This document shows positions 45,268 to 53,449 of a stretch of DNA of 64,000 nucleotides, piece by piece. Source of the stretch: Eubacteriales bacterium. Its GTDB lineage: Bacteria > Bacillota > Clostridia > Oscillospirales > CAG-272. Location of the stretch: NCBI GenBank assembly GCA_045542075.1, contig JAZQKI010000017.1, forward strand, positions 2,738-66,737, in the 5' to 3' direction. The notes under the pieces were generated by a model, which worked only from the letters and a program-made list of their open reading frames with translations, had not been told where the DNA came from and made no database searches. The position numbers were made by a program, and so were the translations under genes. Each line of letters starts with the position of its first letter. Position 1 is the stretch's first letter.

Positions 45268-45942
45268 CTAATCCTCTTTTTGCAGAAAAACCACCGAGAC
45301 GGTTTTTATCATTATTTTTATGTCAAGCCATACCGACGCATTCTTCACGTAATACGCATCCATTATTGCTTTGTTTTTATAATAGACCTTGTCTCTGCCG
45401 TTTACCTGCGCGTATCCCGAGATCCCGGGTCGCATTGTAAATACACCGAGCCGTTCTCTCATGTTGTTACAGCTCTGCTCCGCGCGAACGAGGGGACGGT
45501 AGCCAATAAAGCTCATAGTTCCCAAAAGCACGCACAGGATCTGAGGCAGCTCGTCAATTGAGTATTTACGCAGAAATCTACCCACACCCGTTTGATGCTC
45601 CTCAAAATTATCAAGCTGTGACGATGGACAGTCGCGCGGCGCGTCCGTTTTCATGGTCCTGAATTTGTAGCATTTGAATTTTTTGCCATCTCTCCCGATC
45701 CTCTCGCCGTCGAAGATCACAGGGCCCTTGCTGTCGCACTTTATGACAACCGCAATCACAAGCATAGGTATGGCGAGCAGAATCATCAGAAGCAGCGCTC
45801 CGATTATATCAAAGCCCCTCTTTACAAAGCGGTAAAGGAGTCTTTTTTTATTGTTTTGCCGAAAGTCCGATATATATTCCTCGTAAAGCTCGTCGGAATA
45901 TACCGTGCTGCCGTCAAGGTGGATATCCTTTAGTTTGTCCAT
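45268..45942 (-). CDS. Undecaprenyl-phosphate sugar phosphotransferase (bacterial sugar transferase family, small EpsL/WcaJ C-terminal type)
   Basis: KRGFDIIGALLLMILLAIPM, KGPVIFDGERIGRDGKKFKCYKFRTM, DELPQILCVLLGTMSFIGYRP. Confidence 0.88.
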   Translation of the reverse strand: MDKLKDIHLDGSTVYSDELYEEYISDFRQNNKKRLLYRFVKRGFDIIGALLLMILLAIPMLVIAVVIKCDSKGPVIFDGERIGRDGKKFKCYKFRTMKTDAPRDCPSSQLDNFEEHQTGVGRFLRKYSIDELPQILCVLLGTMSFIGYRPLVRAEQSCNNMRERLGVFTMRPGISGYAQVNGRDKVYYKNKAIMDAYYVKNASVWLDIKIMIKTVSVVFLQKED

Positions 45943-46075
45943 TTCAATCTCCTGTATATTGCTCTCTTTCTACGTAAAATTATAGCACACTCATATTGCT
46001 TTGTCAATTTGAAAAAACACCGTTTGCCATGCGCTGCGCCATCAAGGACGCAACCCTTAGCAAACGGTATTCTTC

Positions 46076-46666
46076 CTATCGATTCAGCTTCTCTACCGCT
46101 GATTTGTATTCCTCGTACGTGCAAAGGATCTTTACTGCCTCAAGCAGAGAATTTGCGGTCATACCGCAAGGCAATCCAAGCATTACCGCCAGAGCATCTC
46201 TTTTCTGAGAGCTGTTTTCCGCGCCAGAAAGTCCGTCACAATAAAAGTCTGTTTTAGTTATCTCGGAGCGGGATATTTCTGTGTCACCCTCCGCGGAGAA
46301 CGGCAAGAGCAGGTCATAGAGCAACTGCGTATCAACACCCTCGATTCCGAGAAATCCCTCGGCGGAGTCAGCGGTTTTTCTCTTTTCCCTTCCCTTTATC
46401 TGCGGAGTGTAAAGCTGGATAAGTCTATCCTTAGGAATTGCTGAGGTGATATGCGAGCGTATCACCTTTCCGCCTCCGTCGGAATCGGTCAGAACTATCA
46501 CAGGAGTCTTTTCAGCAAGTCTTTTGAGTAGAGACATACGCTCCGTGTTTTTGAAAATGCCAAAGCCGTCAGTCGTTATCACCGTACCGCAGACAATTGA
46601 CGAAAGCTTTATTTTATCGTATTTTCCCTCAACTATAATGGGGTATCTCAAAGTCAATTTTTCCAT
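46076..46666 (-). CDS. Toprim-domain protein (RNase M5-like / DUF4093 type)
   Basis: IIVEGKYDKIKL and VIVLTDSDGGGKVIR Toprim motifs; 196 aa. Confidence 0.7.
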   Translation of the reverse strand: MEKLTLRYPIIVEGKYDKIKLSSIVCGTVITTDGFGIFKNTERMSLLKRLAEKTPVIVLTDSDGGGKVIRSHITSAIPKDRLIQLYTPQIKGREKRKTADSAEGFLGIEGVDTQLLYDLLLPFSAEGDTEISRSEITKTDFYCDGLSGAENSSQKRDALAVMLGLPCGMTANSLLEAVKILCTYEEYKSAVEKLNR

Positions 46667-46669
46667 TAC

Positions 46670-47554
46670 TTAGCCTCTGATCATGAAGAATGCTATAACA
46701 AGTATGCCGAGCACGATCCTGTAAATTCCGAATGGAATAAAGCTGTGCTTTTTCACAAAGTCCACAAGGAATCTTACCACCACCAAAGACACGGCAAATG
46801 ACACCGCGGTAGCTGTGATAAGTGCGGCTATCGCCGTCCAGGGAATTGTAACGCCTGTATCTATAACGTATTTTACAAAGCTTCCGCCCTTGAGGATCGC
46901 CGCTCCGGCGATCGCGGGGATTCCGAGAAAGAAGGAAAACTCCGCCGCCGCGGGACGTGACACACCTATCATTCTCGCGCCAAGTATAGTTGAGCCCGAT
47001 CGCGACGTGCCGGGAACTATGGAAAGCACCTGGAAGCAGCCTATAGCCAAGGATTGAGTTATGCTTATATCCTCAACTCGCTCAACGTATGCTTTATTTC
47101 TGTGAAATTTCTCAATTACTATAAACAAGATTCCGTAGACTATGAGTGCCGCCGCGACGGTCTTCCAATTAAATATCCAGCCGTCTATATCCTTGCCTGA
47201 AAGTCTTTCAAGTATCTTGTCACCCACAACACCGATAAGCGCCGCGGGAATACTCGCAACCGCAACCTTTCCCCAAAGCCTCCACGTGCCCTTTTTCTCA
47301 GCAGCGGTTTTCCTGACTGAGAACGGGTTGAGCTTTTGAAAGTATATGACCGCCACGGCAAGTATCGCGCCGAGCTGTATAACCACCTCAAACATACTGC
47401 CGTATTCATCGGCAAACGTCGAGCCAAGCTCCGGCGCAACGTTCAGCTTCAGAAATTCGTCAAGCAGAATGAGATGTCCCGTGCTTGAGACGGGCAGCCA
47501 TTCGGTTATGCCCTCTACTATTCCAAAAAGAATGCTCTTTAGTATTTCGATCAT
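46670..47554 (-). CDS. uppP: Undecaprenyl-diphosphate phosphatase
   Basis: GIVEGITEWLPVSSTGHLIL and PGTSRSGSTI motifs. Confidence 0.92.
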   Translation of the reverse strand: MIEILKSILFGIVEGITEWLPVSSTGHLILLDEFLKLNVAPELGSTFADEYGSMFEVVIQLGAILAVAVIYFQKLNPFSVRKTAAEKKGTWRLWGKVAVASIPAALIGVVGDKILERLSGKDIDGWIFNWKTVAAALIVYGILFIVIEKFHRNKAYVERVEDISITQSLAIGCFQVLSIVPGTSRSGSTILGARMIGVSRPAAAEFSFFLGIPAIAGAAILKGGSFVKYVIDTGVTIPWTAIAALITATAVSFAVSLVVVRFLVDFVKKHSFIPFGIYRIVLGILVIAFFMIRG

Positions 47555-47555
47555 A

Positions 47556-48845
47556 TCAGTCTCCCGATCTCATAATATCGCCCTCGCTCACATCAAAGGG
47601 CACTCTGCACCAGAATATCATCGACGGATGAGGGGCAGACGGTATCGCCTCTCCCTTTTGAGAATAAAGCTCTGTTACGGCAAAGGGCTTGCCTATCTGT
47701 GACGGGGAGATCACCTCCGCGCTGTCACCGAGAGACACCTTGTTTCTTTGTATAAATCTGTAGAGCCTGCCGCTTTGATTTTCAAGCTCTATCCCAAGCC
47801 CCGACAAAACCTCCGCCTCTTGTTCATTATAATCCGTAGCAGTGGCGAAATATGCTTTTTCGCGTATATAACCGTTTTGCGTTGCGAGCTGGTGGTTCTC
47901 TATAGGCTTGTCAAGGTAGTATCCCGTGCAGTATTCTCTGTGGGATACACTGTCAAGCTCTCTGTACCAATCGGGGTTATATACGTAATTTTCGGGGTCG
48001 GACAAATATGCGTCTATCGCCATTCTGTACGCGTTTGTTACAACGGCGGTGTAATACGCGGATTTCATTCTTCCCTCTATCTTGAAGGAGTCGATGCCGC
48101 TTTCCATAAGCTCGGGGATATGCTCAATGGTACACATATCCTTTGAGGACATAATAAACGTACCAAGGGGAGTCTGCTCTATCGGTATTGGGGTATCTGG
48201 GCGTTTTTCCTCGTAGACCACGTAGTTCCAACGGCAGGGCTGCGTGCATTTTCCTCTGTTACCGTCTCTGCCCGTGAGCATCTGCGAGAGCATACATCTG
48301 CCGCTATATGACACGCACATAGAGCCGTGAATAAAGGCTTCAAGCTCTGTATCCGGATCAATTCCCTCTCTTATCGCCTTGATCTCGTTAAGATCAAGCT
48401 CGCGCGCAAGCACAAGTCTCTTTGCTCCAAGCGCGGCATACGCTCTTGCCGCCTCGGGCGACACTATGCTCGCTTGCGTTGAGATATGTATCTCCATGTT
48501 GGGCGCGACTCGCTTTACAAGCGAAATAACGCCAAGGTCGGCAACTATGAACGCGTCTATTCCAAAATCCTTTATCTCAAGAATAAATTTCTCAAGGTCG
48601 GCATATTCGTCGCCGTGAGGCATAGTATTAAGAGTAAGATATATCTTTTTTCCGCGCGCGTGAGTGTATTTGACAGCCTCGCGCAGCTCCTCGACTGTGA
48701 AGTTGTCCGCCGCCGAGCGCATACCGAAGTTTACGCCTGCGCAATACACCGCGTCAGCGCCGTAAAGAAGCGCCGCCTTCAGCTTTTCAAAGTTGCCCGC
48801 GGGCGAGAGCAGCTCGGGTCTTTTTATGATTTTTTTCATAGACAT
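47556..48845 (-). CDS. Peptidase U32 family protein
   Basis: ELLSPAGN.., E.FIHGSMCVSYSGRCMLS and FKIEGRMKS motifs typical of U32. Confidence 0.88.
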   Translation of the reverse strand: MSMKKIIKRPELLSPAGNFEKLKAALLYGADAVYCAGVNFGMRSAADNFTVEELREAVKYTHARGKKIYLTLNTMPHGDEYADLEKFILEIKDFGIDAFIVADLGVISLVKRVAPNMEIHISTQASIVSPEAARAYAALGAKRLVLARELDLNEIKAIREGIDPDTELEAFIHGSMCVSYSGRCMLSQMLTGRDGNRGKCTQPCRWNYVVYEEKRPDTPIPIEQTPLGTFIMSSKDMCTIEHIPELMESGIDSFKIEGRMKSAYYTAVVTNAYRMAIDAYLSDPENYVYNPDWYRELDSVSHREYCTGYYLDKPIENHQLATQNGYIREKAYFATATDYNEQEAEVLSGLGIELENQSGRLYRFIQRNKVSLGDSAEVISPSQIGKPFAVTELYSQKGEAIPSAPHPSMIFWCRVPFDVSEGDIMRSGD

Positions 48846-49038
48846 TCTCTGCCTTTCATTTTCTTATTGGTTCTTTTTTTATTTTATCATAAATAAAGTG
48901 TTATGTCAATCAGAAAATCCGCTTGAGGCGGCTTATAGAGAAAAACCTAAAAACATCTTGAATAATACAGGACATTGTGATATAATAAAAGCGTAAACTC
49001 TCGCTCTTGAGAAAAATAATGATATACGGAGGTATTTT

Positions 49039-50160
49039 ATGTATTGTCCAAAGTGCGGCGCGGAGCTGAATGACGGCTCTGTTATATGCAACGTATGCGG
49101 CGAGCATTTCGCCATAGAGCAGCAAAAGGGTAACTTCATAGCGGCAAAAAATAAAACCCTTGCCATTATTTACGACCTTTTTCATTCCAAGCTGTTTCTT
49201 TTCCTTTCGATCATCACAACCATTCTCTGCGGAGTGGGCTTTATATCCATCTTCACAGGCGGAGGAGTCGAGGCGATACTTACGTTTGCGTTCTCTCTTC
49301 CCGCTACTATTGCCTGCTGGAAGACCTACTCTGCAAAGGCAATTCCCAGCACAAGGAATATAGCAAAGATCAGAGCACTTCTTAAAGCATGGCGCATATT
49401 ATCAAAGGTTCTTTATATAATACTTATCGTATGTTTTGTCATAATGCTTATCGCCTCGGTGGCGCTCGGTCTCGCTTGGAACAAAGCGGAGGCACAGCTG
49501 GACAACGGTGAGCTTTCGCAGGCTATTGCGGACGCTTTCCTCGAGGAAGGGCTTATTACATACGAGCAAGCAGAGGAGCTTGCGACGTTTGAAATAACAG
49601 GCTGGATGATTTCCATTCTCTTTATCGGAATCGCTGTTATTTGCGCTGTGTTCGTCGCTCTTTATATCGTTTACGGCATTATGCTTAAAAAGGCCGAAAG
49701 CTACGTTCTCGATGTAGAATATACCCTTATCTCGGGCAGCTACTCGTCTATGGGCTCTCCCGGCAAATTTATGCTTGTAATGGGTATAATATACGCGGTA
49801 TCCTCCACAGGTACGGTGTCCTACTTTAGTTTCAACCTCGGAGAGTTTGAGGCATCTTTCTCGTTGCCCAACTTCTTGCCCGTAGTAATCGGCACGTTCC
49901 TTATCTGCGCGGGAATACTCTTTAATAAGATTCACGCGGCTGAAATTGCCAACAATCAAGTCCTTGCTCGCGAGGAGTTTGAGCTTGCCCGCGTAGCGCA
50001 GCTTACAAACGACGCAATCGCCGCAAAGCAGGAGGCTGAGGCTGTTGTTGAGGAGGCTCCCGTGGTTGAGGAAGCTCCCGCAGTTGAGGAGGCTCCCGCA
50101 GTTGAGGAGGCTCCCGCGGTCGAGGAAGCTCCTGTGGTTGAGGAAACACCCAACGAATAA
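49039..50160 (+). CDS. Zinc-ribbon membrane protein with a C-terminal EEAP(A/V)V tandem repeat tail
   Basis: MYCPKCGAEL..CNVCG ribbon, ~6 TM segments, and a C-terminus (VEEAPA)x5. Confidence 0.75.
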   Translation: MYCPKCGAELNDGSVICNVCGEHFAIEQQKGNFIAAKNKTLAIIYDLFHSKLFLFLSIITTILCGVGFISIFTGGGVEAILTFAFSLPATIACWKTYSAKAIPSTRNIAKIRALLKAWRILSKVLYIILIVCFVIMLIASVALGLAWNKAEAQLDNGELSQAIADAFLEEGLITYEQAEELATFEITGWMISILFIGIAVICAVFVALYIVYGIMLKKAESYVLDVEYTLISGSYSSMGSPGKFMLVMGIIYAVSSTGTVSYFSFNLGEFEASFSLPNFLPVVIGTFLICAGILFNKIHAAEIANNQVLAREEFELARVAQLTNDAIAAKQEAEAVVEEAPVVEEAPAVEEAPAVEEAPAVEEAPVVEETPNE

Positions 50161-50169
50161 ATCATTAAC

Positions 50170-50202
50170 AAAAAACGCTTGTCATGCGACAAGCGTTTTT
50201 TT
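50170..50202. terminator. Bidirectional terminator between convergent genes
   Basis: aaaaacgcttgtc-atg-cgacaagcgttttt. Confidence 0.8.
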
Positions 50203-50213
50203 GTTTTTAAGAA

Positions 50214-52181
50214 TCAAATTTGTTCATTTGGCTTTACAATACCCATGCGGTATGCCTCAAGCAGAGCCTTGAGGTCGGATTTCATATCCATAAGCTCCTT
50301 GCCCTCGTCGGTATCTGAAACCATCATTCGTCTGTTCATCATCTCAAATACCACGTCGGTCGTGGCAAGAATGTCCTTGTTTTCCTTGATAGCCGCCGCC
50401 TTGCCCTCAAACGCGCCGTGAGACACGAGTCTGAGCCCGCGCGACGAGTAGATAAGCGTATATCCCGCAATGCCCGTCGTGGTGTGATACGCCTTGCAGA
50501 AGCCGCCGTCGATAAGTATATATCTGCCGTTTGCCTTTACGGGATTCTCTCCCGCGCCCGCCTTTACGGGAACGTGTCCGTTTATTACGTGTGAATTTAT
50601 CTCGTCAAGTCCGAACTCGTGAAGTATTCTGCATATAGCTCCGTAATTATCAATAAAAGAATAATACGGGTTCTTCTTTTCCGTCCAAGCGGTCTTATCC
50701 GAGATAAAGCATCTCTCAAAGGTGGTCATCTTCTCGCGCCCGAAGAGCGGACTGTGCTTGCCGCACCAGAGATAATACATAAAATCAAGCGCATTTGCGT
50801 CACCGTTATAGTAAGCAAGTCGCGCTATTCTGTCACAGGCATCCATATATTCCTTGCCCGATACAGAGCGTCCGTCGTAAAGCGTCACGGATTGGAAATC
50901 TCCCTCCGCCGTCATGGGAATACAGCCGTGGAAAAGTAAATTCTGATTATATATCTTGTAAAGACTTCCCTTTGCATACAGGAACTTGACGTGAGCCTGA
51001 AGCGCTGCGCTATGTCTGAACGCGCGGGTGAGCGACGCCATAAGGCCCTCCTCCTCGGGAGAAAGCGCGTATGGGTCATTTATGTCAACCGTCGGAAAGT
51101 CACAGTCATCAAGATAGTATTCAGCGCCGTCGATAGTGACCGTTTTTTTGTCGCGGTCTATCTTGTCAAGCAGGAGCCTGCCGTCCATCCCGTACTCGGG
51201 ATGACGCTTGATAAGCTGTCCCTCAAGCTTGAAAAGGATTATAGCTATCGCCTTGTGAGCCTTTGAAAGACTGCTCATGTTGTTTTTGATATAGTCCTTG
51301 TCCTCTGCAGAGCGAGGCATAAATCCCGTGCTGTCGCCATACGTCTCCTGCGCAAAGCCGATAAGGTCGCGAAGGCTTATTCCGTAAGAGTTTTCAACAA
51401 GCGAAAGCGTGTTGTACTGCACCGCAAGGTTAAGGACGCTTGCAATACACGCACGGCTTCCCGCCGCGGCACCCATCCAGACTATGTCGTGGTTGCCCCA
51501 CTGAACGTCTACGTTATGGTGAGCCATGAGCATATCAAGTATCTTGTCCGCGCGCTGTCCTCTGTCGTAAATGTCGCCGACCACGTGCAAGCGGTCAACC
51601 GCCATTCTCTTGATAAGCGAGCAGAGCGCCTCAACGAATGCGGGAGCCTGACCTATCTCGATTATGGTGGAGATAATGTTTCGGTAATATTCCTGCTTGT
51701 TGTGCTCCTCACCCGAGGTGTGAAGCAGCTCGTCGATTATGTTCTGATATTCAGACGGAAGCGCGTCACGAACCTTTGAACGGGTGTATTTTGATGCGAC
51801 TGAGCGCGCAAGGTCAACAAGTCTGTAAAGCGTGAGGTCATACCACTCGGGCGTGTCCTCTCCCTTTGCGTGAAGCTCCTCTATTTTCTCTACGGGGTAG
51901 TAGATGAGCGTGCATAGCTCACGTCTCTCGCTCTCGGACACAAAGCGGTAGAAAAGATTGTCAACCTTTTCTCTGATGACTCCCGAGCAGTTGTTAAGTA
52001 TATGCTTGAAAGCCTCCGCCTCACCGTGAAGGTCGCTCAAAAAATGCTCCGTTCCCTTGGGCAGATTAAGTATAGCGTTTAGATTGACGACAGCCGCCCC
52101 CGCCGTCTGTATCGAGGGATATTGCTTTGCCAAAAGAATCAGCATTTTTATTTGTTCGGGTGTGTACGCCGTTTTTTTCAT
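50214..52181 (-). CDS. fbp: Fructose-1,6-bisphosphatase, class 3
   Basis: 655 aa with a metallophosphoesterase pattern (FLSDLHGE, VVGDIYDRG, GNHD) and the long C-terminal domain characteristic of Firmicute class-3 FBPase. Confidence 0.9.
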   Translation of the reverse strand: MKKTAYTPEQIKMLILLAKQYPSIQTAGAAVVNLNAILNLPKGTEHFLSDLHGEAEAFKHILNNCSGVIREKVDNLFYRFVSESERRELCTLIYYPVEKIEELHAKGEDTPEWYDLTLYRLVDLARSVASKYTRSKVRDALPSEYQNIIDELLHTSGEEHNKQEYYRNIISTIIEIGQAPAFVEALCSLIKRMAVDRLHVVGDIYDRGQRADKILDMLMAHHNVDVQWGNHDIVWMGAAAGSRACIASVLNLAVQYNTLSLVENSYGISLRDLIGFAQETYGDSTGFMPRSAEDKDYIKNNMSSLSKAHKAIAIILFKLEGQLIKRHPEYGMDGRLLLDKIDRDKKTVTIDGAEYYLDDCDFPTVDINDPYALSPEEEGLMASLTRAFRHSAALQAHVKFLYAKGSLYKIYNQNLLFHGCIPMTAEGDFQSVTLYDGRSVSGKEYMDACDRIARLAYYNGDANALDFMYYLWCGKHSPLFGREKMTTFERCFISDKTAWTEKKNPYYSFIDNYGAICRILHEFGLDEINSHVINGHVPVKAGAGENPVKANGRYILIDGGFCKAYHTTTGIAGYTLIYSSRGLRLVSHGAFEGKAAAIKENKDILATTDVVFEMMNRRMMVSDTDEGKELMDMKSDLKALLEAYRMGIVKPNEQI

Positions 52182-52337
52182 ATTTCAAGCTCTCCCTTTT
52201 CATATTTGCGTCTCTATATTTATTTTAACTGATATTTAGCAAAAAGTAAAGAGATTTTCCGAAAATGACTTAAAAACCATTCGATATTTTTCGCAGACCG
52301 CAAACAAAAAAGAACTTTTTATTTTGCCCTTTTGCTC

Positions 52338-52367
52338 TTGACATTCTCGCCCTCGGTGTGATATAAT
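52338..52367 (+). promoter_or_regulatory. Promoter of tRNA-Gln(TTG) (TTGACA-18-TATAAT, TG-extended) with a 15-nt perfect palindrome across the -10
   Basis: TTGACAttctcgccctcggtgTGaTATAAT. The palindrome GTGATATaATATCAC lies at 52358-52372. Confidence 0.7.
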
Positions 52368-52383
52368 ATCACAGTACAAATAT

Positions 52384-52458
52384 TGGGGTGTCGCCAAGCG
52401 GTAAGGCACAGGACTTTGACTCCTGCATTCGTCAGTTCAAATCTGGCCACCCCAGCCA
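52384..52458 (+). tRNA. tRNA-Gln (anticodon TTG)
   Basis: TGGGGTG/CACCCCA acceptor (U1:A72); anticodon stem CAGGA/TCCTG with loop CTTTGAC; T-arm GTCAG-TTCAAAT-CTGGC; GCCA tail. Confidence 0.92.
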
Positions 52459-52493
52459 AACACAAAGGGGCGCAAATGCGCCCCTTTGTGTTT
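52459..52493 (+). terminator. Intrinsic terminator after tRNA-Gln(TTG)
   Basis: aaacacaaaggggcgc-aaa-tgcgcccctttgtgttt. Confidence 0.8.
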
Positions 52494-52560
52494 GACTGGG
52501 CTAGCCGATTTGAACTGACTGCCAAGACGCTTGCGGCTTGGTGAGGGTTCAAATCTGGCC
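52494..52560. repeat. tRNA-Gln 3'-half-derived palindromic element (copy E3)
   Basis: The left arm ctgggctagccgatttgaactgac approximates the reverse complement of tRNA-Gln 52431-52455. The centre is ccaagacgc-tt-gcggcttgg. The right arm contains gggttcaaatctggcc (14-nt exact match to the tRNA T-arm). An extra ggttcaaatctggcc copy lies at 52602-52616. Confidence 0.75.
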
Positions 52561-52665
52561 TTTTCACCCTACGTGTGGTCATCATTGGCTAATTGTGTGA
52601 TGGTTCAAATCTGGCCGAAGTTTTGATTACTTTGAAGCGAGGCGCGTAAATCCGGATTTTCTTGC

Positions 52666-52694
52666 TTGAAATATTTACAAAATTGTGGTATAAT
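52666..52694 (+). promoter_or_regulatory. Promoter (TTGAAA-17-TATAAT, TG-extended), copy 1 of a duplicated promoter block
   Basis: TTGAAAtatttacaaaattgTGgTATAAT. It differs from the 53392-53420 block at one base. Confidence 0.65.
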
Positions 52695-52750
52695 AGATAA
52701 ATGGATGGGGCATCCCCCCTCACTAACAACATGGCAAAGGAGGAAGCAAA

Positions 52751-52984
52751 ATGATATTATACATAGAATCAGTATACGGGGATGTGTTATTACACGGAAA
52801 AAGAATGGAAGAATCAGAATTGCGCAAAAAAGCCAATGAACTATTGAAGCTTGTCGGCGCCAAGGATTTTCTTTCCGCTTTTTGTATGCGTTATGATTAC
52901 GAAGAACTTCCTTTTGATCCGCATATGAAGATCGATTACGTTGTAGATTTAGATACGAGTTGGGTTTATAAGCCAATATATTAA
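52751..52984 (+). CDS. Hypothetical small cytoplasmic protein (77 aa)
   Basis: AAAGGAGG RBS 8 nt upstream. The overlapping minus-strand 123-aa ORF looks like junk. Confidence 0.6.
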   Translation: MILYIESVYGDVLLHGKRMEESELRKKANELLKLVGAKDFLSAFCMRYDYEELPFDPHMKIDYVVDLDTSWVYKPIY

Positions 52985-53068
52985 TGCATAGACTCGTTTA
53001 CAAACATTGCACAGCACCTGGAAAACAGCGGTCAAATGCAACTCCATCATCGCCAAGGGGTTAGTGTA

Positions 53069-53115
53069 CCCTCTGCAAAATAAGAGTGCATCCAAATCGG
53101 ACACACGTCACAACA
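53069..53115 (+). repeat. 47-nt conserved motif, copy 1
   Basis: ccctctgcaaaataagAgtgcatccaaatcggacacacgtcacaaca; 46/47 identical to 54288-54334. Confidence 0.8.
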
Positions 53116-53147
53116 GATAAGGCTCGCCGATTGGCGAGCCTTATCTG
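53114..53147 (+). other. Perfect 15-bp hairpin immediately after motif copy 1 (no U-run)
   Basis: cagataaggctcgcc-gatt-ggcgagccttatctg. Confidence 0.6.
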
Positions 53148-53149
53148 TT

Positions 53150-53216
53150 GGCTGGGCTAGCCGATTTGAACTGACTGCCAAGACGCTTGCGGCTTGGTGA
53201 GGGTTCAAATCTGACC
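53150..53216. repeat. tRNA-Gln 3'-half-derived palindromic element (copy E4)
   Basis: 53152-53216 matches 52496-52560 at 64 of 65 positions. Confidence 0.8.
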
Positions 53217-53391
53217 TAAGCTTCTGATTGCTTTGGATAACATTCGCACACCGTAGGGGTCGACCTCCCGGACGACCCGCAAAACCGTGGACAAACGAAC
53301 CGTCGGGGACGCCGGTCCCTACAAATGCAAAATTTATTTACAAAGCCGTAGCTGCATCGGAATTTTGGATAGATCCGAACTGACGATACGG

Positions 53392-53420
53392 TTGAAATGT
53401 TTACAAAATTGTGGTATAAT
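53392..53420 (+). promoter_or_regulatory. Promoter (TTGAAA-17-TATAAT, TG-extended), copy 2 of the duplicated promoter block
   Basis: TTGAAAtgtttacaaaattgTGgTATAAT. Confidence 0.65.
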
Positions 53421-53449
53421 ATAGATAACAATAATTTTAGGAGGTTCAT

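Noticed and set aside
46076-46666. Toprim protein as an OLD/Gabija-type defence nuclease
   Set aside because: It is only 196 aa with no ATPase domain. It is embedded in a housekeeping string (U32, uppP) and resembles the RNase M5/DUF4093 type.
52605-52976. 123-aa minus-strand ORF overlapping the 77-aa + ORF
   Set aside because: It has no RBS and runs through the duplicated promoter block. The + strand ORF has an AAAGGAGG RBS and a promoter.
53216-53449. 77-aa minus-strand ORF (..CRDRRPRRFVCPRFCGSSGRSTPTV..)
   Set aside because: It spans the GC-rich hairpin insert and the duplicated promoter block, and the peptide pattern is what GC-rich palindromes translate to. It is antisense to a promoter that drives the 53450 lipoprotein gene.
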